This document shows positions 33,168 to 41,310 of a stretch of 64,000 nucleotides of DNA, in pieces. This DNA is from an uncultured Gemmatimonadales bacterium (GTDB taxonomy: Bacteria; Gemmatimonadota; Gemmatimonadetes; Longimicrobiales; Gaopeijiaceae). Under the pieces are notes generated by a model. That model saw only the letters and a program-made list of their open reading frames with translations, had not been told where the DNA came from and did no database searches. The position numbers and the translations under genes are program-made. The stretch is taken from positions 160,001 to 224,000 of the forward strand of contig CAWGKG010000020.1 in NCBI GenBank assembly GCA_963823035.1, written 5' to 3'. Each line of letters opens with the position of its first letter. Position 1 is the first letter of the stretch.

Positions 33168-33956
33168 GACGTCCCCGCGGTCCGCGCGATCTCCACCCGC
33201 CAGACGGAGGGGCCGCGCTCCCGGTAGCTCCACGCGAACGTACCCGGCCGCTCCGCCGCGAACTGGTACTGGAGCGGCACGGGATCGTGATCGTTCACGA
33301 GGACGAACGACTCGCCCGGCGCGAGCGCGTCGAACGTCGCGAAGATGGCAGGGTGCTTCTCCCTGGGAGGGATCGGCCGCACGTCCAGCACCCGCTCGGC
33401 GGGCGCGGCGCGCCGGATGAAGACCCGGACCAGGTCGCAGGCCTGCTGCCGGACCTCGTAGGTGAACCCACGCTCCTCGAGCTTCGGGAGGAGGAAGCGG
33501 GGCACGCGCTCGTTGATCTGGACGAGGGTGCCGCCTGCGTCGAGCGCCTCCAGGGCCTCCAGCGTGCGGACCATGGGCTCGGGCGGCTCGAGACCGCGGA
33601 CGTCCAGGACGACCACGCCCTCCCCGATGTCCGTGGTCCGGATCGTGGGCGTCGGCCTCCGCGTCGGCCTCCGCCGTAACCGCTTCTCCGGCTCGGCTCC
33701 GTCCGGAGCTGAAGAACCAGATGCGCCAGTCGTCGTCCGCGAGCTGCTCCGTCCAGTGGTCGAGGCCCTGGGCCGCCATGACGCCGTAGAGCGGGCGGGG
33801 CTCGAAGATCGCGCGCAGCCGGAGCACGCCGTCGGGCGGCAGCTCGCGTTTGGCGGACATGATGCGGGCGAACGGCTCCCGTCCGGATCGGAGATCGTCC
33901 CGGACGTCCACGTCGACGATGCGCTCCTCGTCCAGGTCCTGGATGAGCGCGGGCAT
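33164..33956 (-). CDS. Triple DUF2249 domain protein; frameshifted
   Basis: Three repeats: VDVRDDLRSGREPF...FEPRPLY, LDVRGLEPPEPM...ERVPRFL, LDVRPIPPREKHP...NDHDPVPL...GPSVWRVEI. Indel near 33640-33700. Confidence 0.85.
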
Positions 33957-33967
33957 TCCATCACGGG

Positions 33968-34261
33968 TCAAAGTGCACCTTCCTCGATGAGGCCCGGATG
34001 CCAGCGCGGCTCCCAGACCAGGTTCGCGTTCACGTTGTCGACGCCGGAGAGGGCGTAGACGGTGGCCAGCACGCTCCGTCGGATGACGTTGTGCAGGGGG
34101 CATCCCGGCGTGGTGAGCGTGAAGGTCACGGTCACCTCGGAACCTTCGACGGCCACGCCGTAGACGAGGCCGAGCGAGACGATGTCGACACCGACCTCGG
34201 GGTCGATCACCTGCCGGAGCGCGTCGCGCACCGCGTCTCGCGTGGGAGCGATCGCGATCAT
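33968..34261 (-). CDS. DUF59 / SufT / PaaD-like metal-sulfur cluster assembly factor
   Basis: ALRQVIDPEVGVDIVSLGLVY, TLTTPGCPL, LVWEPRW. Confidence 0.9.
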   Translation of the reverse strand: MIAIAPTRDAVRDALRQVIDPEVGVDIVSLGLVYGVAVEGSEVTVTFTLTTPGCPLHNVIRRSVLATVYALSGVDNVNANLVWEPRWHPGLIEEGAL

Positions 34262-35627
34262 GGAATGCGGACTCCGTGGGAGAAGGGAGGGTCGCTTTCG
34301 GGCAGCGGCACGACCGCGGTGGCCGCGGTGACGGTGGGGTCGGGTCGGCGGCGTGCGAGCGCCACCATCTGGGCCGCGAGGATCGCCGACCCGATCGCGA
34401 GGAGGGCTGCGCCGCCGCGGGCCATGCCGGCCACGCCGAAGCCGACCCCGGCGGCCGAGCGCCGTGGTGCCGACCGCGAGAAGGACGCCCGAGGCGGTCG
34501 CCCAGCGTGCCGAATAGAGCTCGGCGACCTTCGGGACGGGCTGCCGCCCCGCCAGGGGGCCGAAGCGGTGATACCAGACCAGGAACGGCACGATCTTGTA
34601 GTGGTGGGCGGCCACGAACAGGCTGATGCCCAGCACCAGGAGGAGGACGTACGCGGTCGCGATCCTCGGCCGGGAGAATCCCGTGGCGAGCAGGTAGACG
34701 CCGAGGGCGACCGCGGCGCCCAGGACCGTGAGAGCGGCACCGGCCAGGCGCATCCCCGGGATCGAGTTCCCGACGACGCCTCGTGTCGATAGAACGCCCG
34801 CGCCTGCGCCAGGAAGGCCACCACGCCCGCGAGGATCAGGGTGGCCGGAAGCCAGCGGACCGCCGCGGCGGGTACGTGGTGGAGCGCGAACAGGAGGGCC
34901 ACCCCGGTCGCCAGGAGCGCGACCGCGGCCTTGCCCGGACGCTCGTTCGCGCCGTGGCTCAGGAGGAACATGGGGAGGAGGCGGTGGCCCACCCCGACCA
35001 TGACGATGAGGACCCACCCCACCAGCGCGACGTGGAGGTGCGTGGCCAGCGCGACCAGGCGGGCGCCTCCGATGAAGCCCCAGCGGAGGTTCCCGGCGAG
35101 GGCCCATCCGATCACGACCGTGAGCACGAGGAACGTGCAGGCGCACGCCAGCGCCCACCACGTCACGTCCCGGGTGCGGGCGCGGCGGAGCGTCGCGGCC
35201 AGGTTGGCCGCGAAGAGCAGCAGCGCGAATCCGAACAGCGACGCGCCGGCCACGATCGCCGCCGGCGTGTAGTGGGCGAGCCCGGCCACGAACAGGGTGA
35301 GCCCCGGCGCGTGGATCCACAGCGTCGCGCCGGGCGACGCCCTCCCAGCGGATCGACTCGCCCAGCGCCACCGGCAGGAACTGGTAGAGCGCGCCCATGA
35401 TCGAGGTGGTGATCCACCCCAGCGTGAAGAGATGGGTCACCGCCGTGACGCGCGGGAAGGAGGTACGCGCCCAGCGACAGCTCCGGCGAGACCAGACGAC
35501 CAGACCCGCCGCTCCGAGCACGAAGAAGACCGTGGCGACCGCGAAGTGCGCGCCGGGCAGGGAGAAGGGCGGTGGCGCGGCGACGCCGAGCGCGTCGACC
35601 GGCGCCGGCCGCCGGGGTCGGCGTCAC
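34258..35627 (-). CDS. Polytopic membrane protein with conserved His in TM helices (heme-copper oxidase subunit I-like / NnrS-like); frameshifted
   Basis: PGAHFAVA, THLFTLGWITTSIMGALYQFLPV, THLHVALVGWVLIVMVGVGHRLLPMFLLSH, YKIVPFLVWYHRF; about 12 hydrophobic segments over several frames. Confidence 0.7.
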
Positions 35628-36284
35628 GCGGCGCCTCCCGGGCGTGCGTGCCCGATCGCGTAGGTGCACGCCGCGTCTCCGTCGGGGAGGTATTCGACGC
35701 GCGCGAGCTTGTCGCCCGACCAGCGCGCGCACGAATCCGATCTCGGCCCGACACGGGGCGGACGTGACCGCGACCAGCTCGCGCAGGGGGCAGTGGCAGA
35801 GGCGGATGCGGGGAGCCTCGTCGGAGCTGCCGTCCACCACCTCGGCCATGTAGCCCTCCTCGGTGAGGATGCGCGCCGCCGCCTCCAGTCGCTCCGTCCC
35901 CTCCATGCCGTCGAGCCGCCCCATGGCCCGGCGCGCGGCGCTGCTTCGCGGGCGGTCGAGGTAGCGGACCAGGACGTCGTGATGCCCCTCCTCACCCAGG
36001 AAGGCGGCCAGCCCTCCGAGGACTTCGGCTTCTCGGCTCGGAAAGAGCGACTGGGCCTGTTCGGTGAGACGAAAACCTGCTCGGGGCGGCCGGGCGCGTC
36101 CGTGGACCTGCGCGCGCCGGTTCGCGCCGCACGAGGCCGCGCGCGCATGAGCGCGTTCACCTGCGAGCGGACGGTCTCCACGCTCAGGTCGAAGGCGCGG
36201 GCCAGCTCGGGACGCTCGCCTCGCCTCTGCCGCTTGAGGCGATCGAGGATGCGGCGGTGCGCTGCCGTCCGTCGGGATCGGCAT
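35624..36284 (-). CDS. HTH transcriptional regulator of the SufR/COG2345 type; frameshifted
   Basis: N-terminal HTH (ELARAFDLSVETVRSQV), GRP motif, LTEEGYMAE, Cys set LCHCPL...PCRAE...GDAACTY. Confidence 0.75.
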
Positions 36285-36315
36285 GGGGTGCTCCCGGTGC
36301 GTCGGTTCGGGATCC

Positions 36316-36344
36316 ACGATGGCCCGGGCGCGTAGCATTGTCAA
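36316..36344 (-). promoter_or_regulatory. Sigma70-type promoter for the SufR-like operon
   Basis: Minus strand TTGACA (36344-36339), 17 nt spacer, CATCGT (36321-36316). Confidence 0.55.
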
Positions 36345-36349
36345 GATAG

Positions 36350-36367
36350 TCATGATGAAAATCATGA
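36350..36367. promoter_or_regulatory. Palindromic operator, CRP/FNR-like geometry
   Basis: TCATGAT-GAAA-ATCATGA, perfect 7-4-7 inverted repeat in an AT-rich island next to the -35 box. Confidence 0.6.
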
Positions 36368-36406
36368 AAATTGGAAGCGTGCGGGTCCGGCACTCCCCGT
36401 CCACCC

Positions 36407-36510
36407 GTAGGGATTTCCCCCACTCCGCACCCAAGGGAATCCCCACCGGGCGCCGCCTCTACCTCCCGACACCCCCCGAAAAGCCTCGTACCTAGCTTCG
36501 TTCTGGGCCA
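36407..36510 (+). promoter_or_regulatory. Conserved 104-bp promoter element, copy 1 (upstream of korA)
   Basis: Aligns without gaps to 55860-55963; 71/104 identical by hand count, in blocks. Confidence 0.8.
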
Positions 36511-36563
36511 GCAGCCACCCGGCTGCACAGACAAACCGACCCTCATCTCTCAGCGGGGGAAGG

Positions 36564-38468
36564 ATGGCGATGAAGCTGCCGACCGTCGGCGCTGCGGCGC
36601 TGGCGGACCGAGAAGTATCCGTACGTACCGTGACCGACCTCGCGGTCGAGGTCGTCTCCGACTCCGGGGAGGGCGCACAGAAGTGCGGCCAGATCTTCGG
36701 AGCGGTCTCCGCCAAGATGGGCAACGGCGTGTGGACCGTGGAGATCATTCCGGCCGAGGTCGAGCCTCCCCCGCGCACCCCGGTCGGTGCCTCCGGCATC
36801 CGGATCCGGCTGGGCGACAAGGAGGTCACGAACTGGGGCGACGACACCAACGTGGTGATCGCGTTCAACGAGCAGGCGCTGCTCGGACGCCATCATCTGC
36901 ACGCCCTCGCGCCCGACGCGATCATCCTGCTGGAGAGCATGTGGGCCACCCACCCGGACGAGAAGATCCGGAAGCAGTGGGCGGACGCCATGGAGGAGCT
37001 CTCCGCCTTCGACTACACGATCATCGAAGTCCCCATGGAGGAGCAGTGCCTCACCGTGGTGGACAACCCCCGCAAGGGGAAGAACATGTTCGCGCTGGGG
37101 CTGCTGTGCGAGCTGTTCGGTCGTGACGTCGAGCGGGCCAAGGAGCAGATCGCGCACGCCTTCCGCTCCAAGAAGAAGGAGATCACCGAGCGGAACCACG
37201 AGCTGCTCGACCTGGGCGTCGCCTGGGCGAGCGACAACCTCGACATCCGCTACGAGATCCCGACCATGGAGGCAGGTGCTCCGATGGTCGTGATGAACGG
37301 CAACGAAGCCGCCGCGCTGGGTGCCGTGGCCGCCGGTCTCGAGCTGGCCGCCATGTACCCGATCACCCCGGCCACCAGCGTGTCGCACATGCTGGGTGAG
37401 GTGTTCGAGAAGTACGGCGGCACGCTGCACCAGGCGGAGGACGAGATCGCCGCGGCGGGTGTCGCCATCGGCGCCTCGTACGCCGGCCGGTGCGCGTTCA
37501 CGATCACGTCCGGCCCGGGCATGGCGCTCAAGACCGAGTTCCTCGGCCTGGCGATCATGACCGAGATCCCGCTCGTGCTCATCAACGTGCAGCGGGGTGG
37601 TCCGAGCACGGGGTTGCCCACCAAGGTGGAGCAGTCCGACCTGCTCGCCGCGATCTACGGGCAGCCGGGTGACGCGCCGCACGTGGTGTTGGCGCCGGCG
37701 ACGATCGAAGAGTGCTTCCACATCATGACGACGGCCCGGCGCATCGCCGAGACGCTGCGCACCGTGGTCATCGTGCTCTCCGACGCGAACCTCGCCACCG
37801 GGGTGGCGCCGTTCCTCCGTCCGGAGCTCTCCGCCACCTGGCAGGCGGCGCCGCCCGACCTGAGGCCGCTGCCCGAAGGCGCCAAGCCGTACGACTGGAA
37901 CGAGAAGACGGGCATCTCGCGCCGTTTCATTCCGGGCCAGGCCGGTGGTGAGCACACGCTCACCGGCCTCGCGCACGACGCGCGCAGCAAGGTCGCCTAC
38001 GACGCCGAGGCGGTCGAGCTGTCCCACACGGCGCGCAGCCGCAAGGTGGCGGCGTTCCAGAACACACTCCTTCCGCCCGAGATCAACGGGGACGAGGAGG
38101 GTGGCGACCTCCTGATCGTCGGGTGGGGAAGCACCAAGGGCGCGATCGAAGAGGCCGTGGAGCGCGCGCGCGCGCAGGGCCTGAGCGTCTCGAACGTGCA
38201 CCTGACGTTCCTGTCGCCGCTGCAGCCCGGACTCTCCGAGATCTTCTCGCGCTTCAAGAAGGTCATGACGGTCGAGATCAACTACTCGGACAAGAAGGGC
38301 GACCCGTTCATCGACGAGCTCAACCGCCGCCGCGGGCAGCTCTCCATCCTCCTCCGCTCCGCCACCCTGGTCGACGTGGATTGCTGGACGCGCGTGCTCG
38401 GCGAGCCGCTGCGGCCGACGCAGATCGTCCAGGCCATCAAGCAAAACATGCCCGGAGGTGCGGCATGA
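36564..38468 (+). CDS. korA: 2-oxoacid:ferredoxin oxidoreductase alpha subunit (gamma-alpha fusion)
   Basis: DSGEGAQ, MNGNEAAALG, YPITPATS, QAEDEIAA, TSGPG, QRGGPSTGLPTKVEQSD, GWGST. Confidence 0.93.
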   Translation: MAMKLPTVGAAALADREVSVRTVTDLAVEVVSDSGEGAQKCGQIFGAVSAKMGNGVWTVEIIPAEVEPPPRTPVGASGIRIRLGDKEVTNWGDDTNVVIAFNEQALLGRHHLHALAPDAIILLESMWATHPDEKIRKQWADAMEELSAFDYTIIEVPMEEQCLTVVDNPRKGKNMFALGLLCELFGRDVERAKEQIAHAFRSKKKEITERNHELLDLGVAWASDNLDIRYEIPTMEAGAPMVVMNGNEAAALGAVAAGLELAAMYPITPATSVSHMLGEVFEKYGGTLHQAEDEIAAAGVAIGASYAGRCAFTITSGPGMALKTEFLGLAIMTEIPLVLINVQRGGPSTGLPTKVEQSDLLAAIYGQPGDAPHVVLAPATIEECFHIMTTARRIAETLRTVVIVLSDANLATGVAPFLRPELSATWQAAPPDLRPLPEGAKPYDWNEKTGISRRFIPGQAGGEHTLTGLAHDARSKVAYDAEAVELSHTARSRKVAAFQNTLLPPEINGDEEGGDLLIVGWGSTKGAIEEAVERARAQGLSVSNVHLTFLSPLQPGLSEIFSRFKKVMTVEINYSDKKGDPFIDELNRRRGQLSILLRSATLVDVDCWTRVLGEPLRPTQIVQAIKQNMPGGAA

Positions 38469-39424
38469 TCATGGAATCCTCCTGCTCGCTGCTCCACGCC
38501 GCCGCCGACGACGACGATCGTGTCTTCGAGATGGGCGACTACCAGGGCCCGGTGGCCCGGTGGTGCTCGGGCTGTGGCGACCACTCGGTCCTCGCGGCCG
38601 CCCAGCGCCTGATGGTCGACCAGCAGCTCCAACCGGAGACCACCGTGTTCGTGTCGGGTATCGGCTGCTCCAGCCGCTTCCCGCACTACATGAAGACCTA
38701 CGGCTTCCACGGCATCCACGGGCGTGCGCTCCCCATCGCCACCGGCATCAAGCTGGCCCGGCCGGAGCTGGACGTCTTCGTGGTCATGGGCGACGGCGAC
38801 TGCGTCTCCATCGGCGCGGGTCACTGGATCCACGCGCTGCGCTACAACGTGGACATGGTCGCCATGCTGCTGGACAACAACATCTACGGCCTGACCAAGA
38901 AGCAGACGTCGCCGACCACGCCCCAGGGCTACAAGTCGAACACGCAGCCCTACGGCAGCTACCTGCCACCCATGAACCCGCTGGTGACGACGCTGAGCGT
39001 GACCAACGCCTCGTTCGTCGCGCAGACGGCCGAGTGGGTCCCGGCGCACCTCTTCGCGACGCTCAAGGCGGCGCACGAGCACCGGGGCTTCGCGTTCGTC
39101 CGCATCCTGCAGCGCTGCCCGCACTTCACGCCGGACCTCTACACCGACGCCGTGAAGAAGCCGGACCTGGTGCAGATTCTCGACCATCCGGAGGGCATCC
39201 GGGTCGAGGGGCTGGACAAGATCTACAAGAGCCAGGTCCGCCACGACCCGGCCGACATCCACGCCGCCCGGGAGCTCGCCGAGGACGCCTCGGTGGTCCG
39301 CCTGGGCCTGTTCTTCCGCGACGAGACCCGCCCTCGCTACGAGGAGACGCGGACGCTCGCCAAGCGCACCGCGCGCGAGAAGATGGACCTCCTCAACCAG
39401 GATTTCGACCGCTATGCCGTCTGA
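38465..39424 (+). CDS. korB: 2-oxoacid:ferredoxin oxidoreductase beta subunit
   Basis: WCSGCGD, SGIGCSSR, HGRALP, TPP motif GDGD...NNIYGLTK, QRCP; ATGA overlap with korA. Confidence 0.95.
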   Translation: MIMESSCSLLHAAADDDDRVFEMGDYQGPVARWCSGCGDHSVLAAAQRLMVDQQLQPETTVFVSGIGCSSRFPHYMKTYGFHGIHGRALPIATGIKLARPELDVFVVMGDGDCVSIGAGHWIHALRYNVDMVAMLLDNNIYGLTKKQTSPTTPQGYKSNTQPYGSYLPPMNPLVTTLSVTNASFVAQTAEWVPAHLFATLKAAHEHRGFAFVRILQRCPHFTPDLYTDAVKKPDLVQILDHPEGIRVEGLDKIYKSQVRHDPADIHAARELAEDASVVRLGLFFRDETRPRYEETRTLAKRTAREKMDLLNQDFDRYAV

Positions 39425-40445
39425 GACCAAGTCGACAGCAGGCGCCGGCGCGCTGGCGCTGAAGGCGCTGGCGGCACTCGAGCCGCGGGTGGACGCGTTC
39501 CACTCCGCCGTGGCCACCGCCGAGGAGGAGATTCGCACGTTCGTGGCGCATCGGCGCGGCGCTTCGGAGTCCCGCACGGAGCAGACGCTGGGGGAGCTCG
39601 GACCGTTCGCCGCCGGGCGCATCGATCCGGAGATGTTCGCGACGCTGGTGCTCGACGGCGAGCAGCTCTCGCCCGAGAGCGAGGGCGTGCTGGAGCGGGC
39701 GGAGCAGATCCTCTCCGACTTCTCCATGGGTCGCGACTTCCACCACGTGCTCGTGCCCTCGGGAGGCGATCTTCGTGACGTGGTGAAGGACGCGCTCGAG
39801 CGCGTGGGACAGGTGTTCGGCGCCGCCCGCGCCGTCGAGCTGGCCCGCTCGGGGACGTTCGACACCGACCGGCACGCCGGGTACCTCTCGGCGCTGACCT
39901 TCCGGAAGTGGAACCGCGCGGAGCGCCAGCTGGCGCCGCCGCTCGTGGTGGAGGTGGGCGCGGAGGACCTGCTTCCTGCCGGCCTCGGCGAGTTCCTCGA
40001 CGGGCTGGTGAAGATCGTGCTCGTGACGCAGGGCCCTACGACGCCCGCGCCGCTCGCACGCCTCATCACCCCCGGGACGTACATCGTGCAGACGGCGGAC
40101 CCGGCGGAGCTCGCAGGCCTCGCCCGCTCCCCGCACCCGGGCGTGGCGCTCCTCTTCGACGAGGAGCGTCCGGGTCAGGCCCGCTTCGTCCACGATCCGG
40201 AGGCCGGCGCGGCTTCCTGGCAGCGGCTCACGGTGAGCCACATGCCGGAGCAGCCGGACGTCGGTCGTGGTCGGCGGGCGCCCACCTGGCTGGAGGAGCT
40301 GTCGCACCTCCAGGCGCTGGCGAAGCAGCCGGCGATGGCCGCGGCCGCCGGCAACGGCTCCGCCGCTCCGGAGCCCGGTGAGAGCGCGACGCCGGCCGAC
40401 CAGCTGGCGGCCTTCCTCCTGAGCCAGCTCGACCTGGAAGGCTGA
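39414..40445 (+). CDS. Cys-free protein resembling the C-terminal TPP domain of the neighbouring PFOR (putative pseudo-enzyme subunit)
   Basis: Intact 343-aa ORF overlapping the korB stop; collinear similarity to the PFOR at 41307 (see findings). Confidence 0.7.
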   Translation: MPSETKSTAGAGALALKALAALEPRVDAFHSAVATAEEEIRTFVAHRRGASESRTEQTLGELGPFAAGRIDPEMFATLVLDGEQLSPESEGVLERAEQILSDFSMGRDFHHVLVPSGGDLRDVVKDALERVGQVFGAARAVELARSGTFDTDRHAGYLSALTFRKWNRAERQLAPPLVVEVGAEDLLPAGLGEFLDGLVKIVLVTQGPTTPAPLARLITPGTYIVQTADPAELAGLARSPHPGVALLFDEERPGQARFVHDPEAGAASWQRLTVSHMPEQPDVGRGRRAPTWLEELSHLQALAKQPAMAAAAGNGSAAPEPGESATPADQLAAFLLSQLDLEG

Positions 40446-40455
40446 GGAGAACGAC

Positions 40456-41310
40456 GTGATCGCGCCTGGCGAGCTGATCGGATCCGTCGCGATCCTGGGG
40501 GGGGTGGCCACCGTGTTCGGCGCGTTCATCTCCCTGGCCAACGCGAAGTTCAAGGTCTGGGAGGACCCGCGCGTCGACGGCGTGCGCGACCTCCTGCCCG
40601 GCGCCGACTGCGGCGCCTGCGGGCAGGCCGGTTGCCGCGCCTTCGCGGAGGCGGTGGTGAACGGCACCGAGCCACCTGCGGGCTGCACGGTCATGGGCGC
40701 CGACGCGCGGGCTGACGTGGCGGCGTATCTGGGCGTGGATGCCGGCAAGGCCGACAAGCGCGTGGCCCGCCTGCTGTGCGCGGGCGGGCGCGACGTCGCT
40801 CCCTACAAGGGTCGCTACCACGGCGTGGAGAGCTGCGCCGCGGCTGCGGCCGTGACCGGCGGTGGCAAGGCCTGCCCGTGGGGCTGCCTCGGCTACGCCG
40901 ACTGCGCGGTGGTGTGCGACTTCGACGCCATCGTGATGGGGCCCAACGGACTGCCCGTCGTGGACCCCGAGAAGTGCACGGCCTGCGGCGACTGTGTCGA
41001 GGCCTGCCCCCTGGGGCTGTTCGTCCTGATGCCCCAGGACCACAAGCTGGTCGTGCAGTGCAAGAACCTTCTGTCCGGAGAGGCGGCCGAGGCCGTCTGC
41101 TCCGTCGCGTGCAACGCCTGCGAGCGCTGTGTCGCAGACGCCGAGCCGGGCCTGATCACCATGATCGACGGTCTGGCCACCATCGACTACGAACAGATCG
41201 AGCTGCAGAACCCGAAAGCCATCGAGCGGTGCCCGACCGGCGCCATCGTCTGGATCGAGGGTCAGCAGTTTCCCGAGCTCTTCGTTCCTGCCGGGAGTGA
41301 GGCCGCATGA
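40456..41310 (+). CDS. rnfB: Rnf electron transport complex subunit B
   Basis: N-terminal TM, EDPRVD...LPGADCGACGQAGC, CPWGCLGYADCAVVCDF, CTACGDCVEACP. Confidence 0.92.
   Translation: MIAPGELIGSVAILGGVATVFGAFISLANAKFKVWEDPRVDGVRDLLPGADCGACGQAGCRAFAEAVVNGTEPPAGCTVMGADARADVAAYLGVDAGKADKRVARLLCAGGRDVAPYKGRYHGVESCAAAAAVTGGGKACPWGCLGYADCAVVCDFDAIVMGPNGLPVVDPEKCTACGDCVEACPLGLFVLMPQDHKLVVQCKNLLSGEAAEAVCSVACNACERCVADAEPGLITMIDGLATIDYEQIELQNPKAIERCPTGAIVWIEGQQFPELFVPAGSEAA

Noticed and set aside
33968..35521. Apparent fusion of the membrane protein with DUF59 (517-aa ORF)
   Set aside because: Produced by frameshifts; an ATGA junction at 34258-34261 shows two separate genes.
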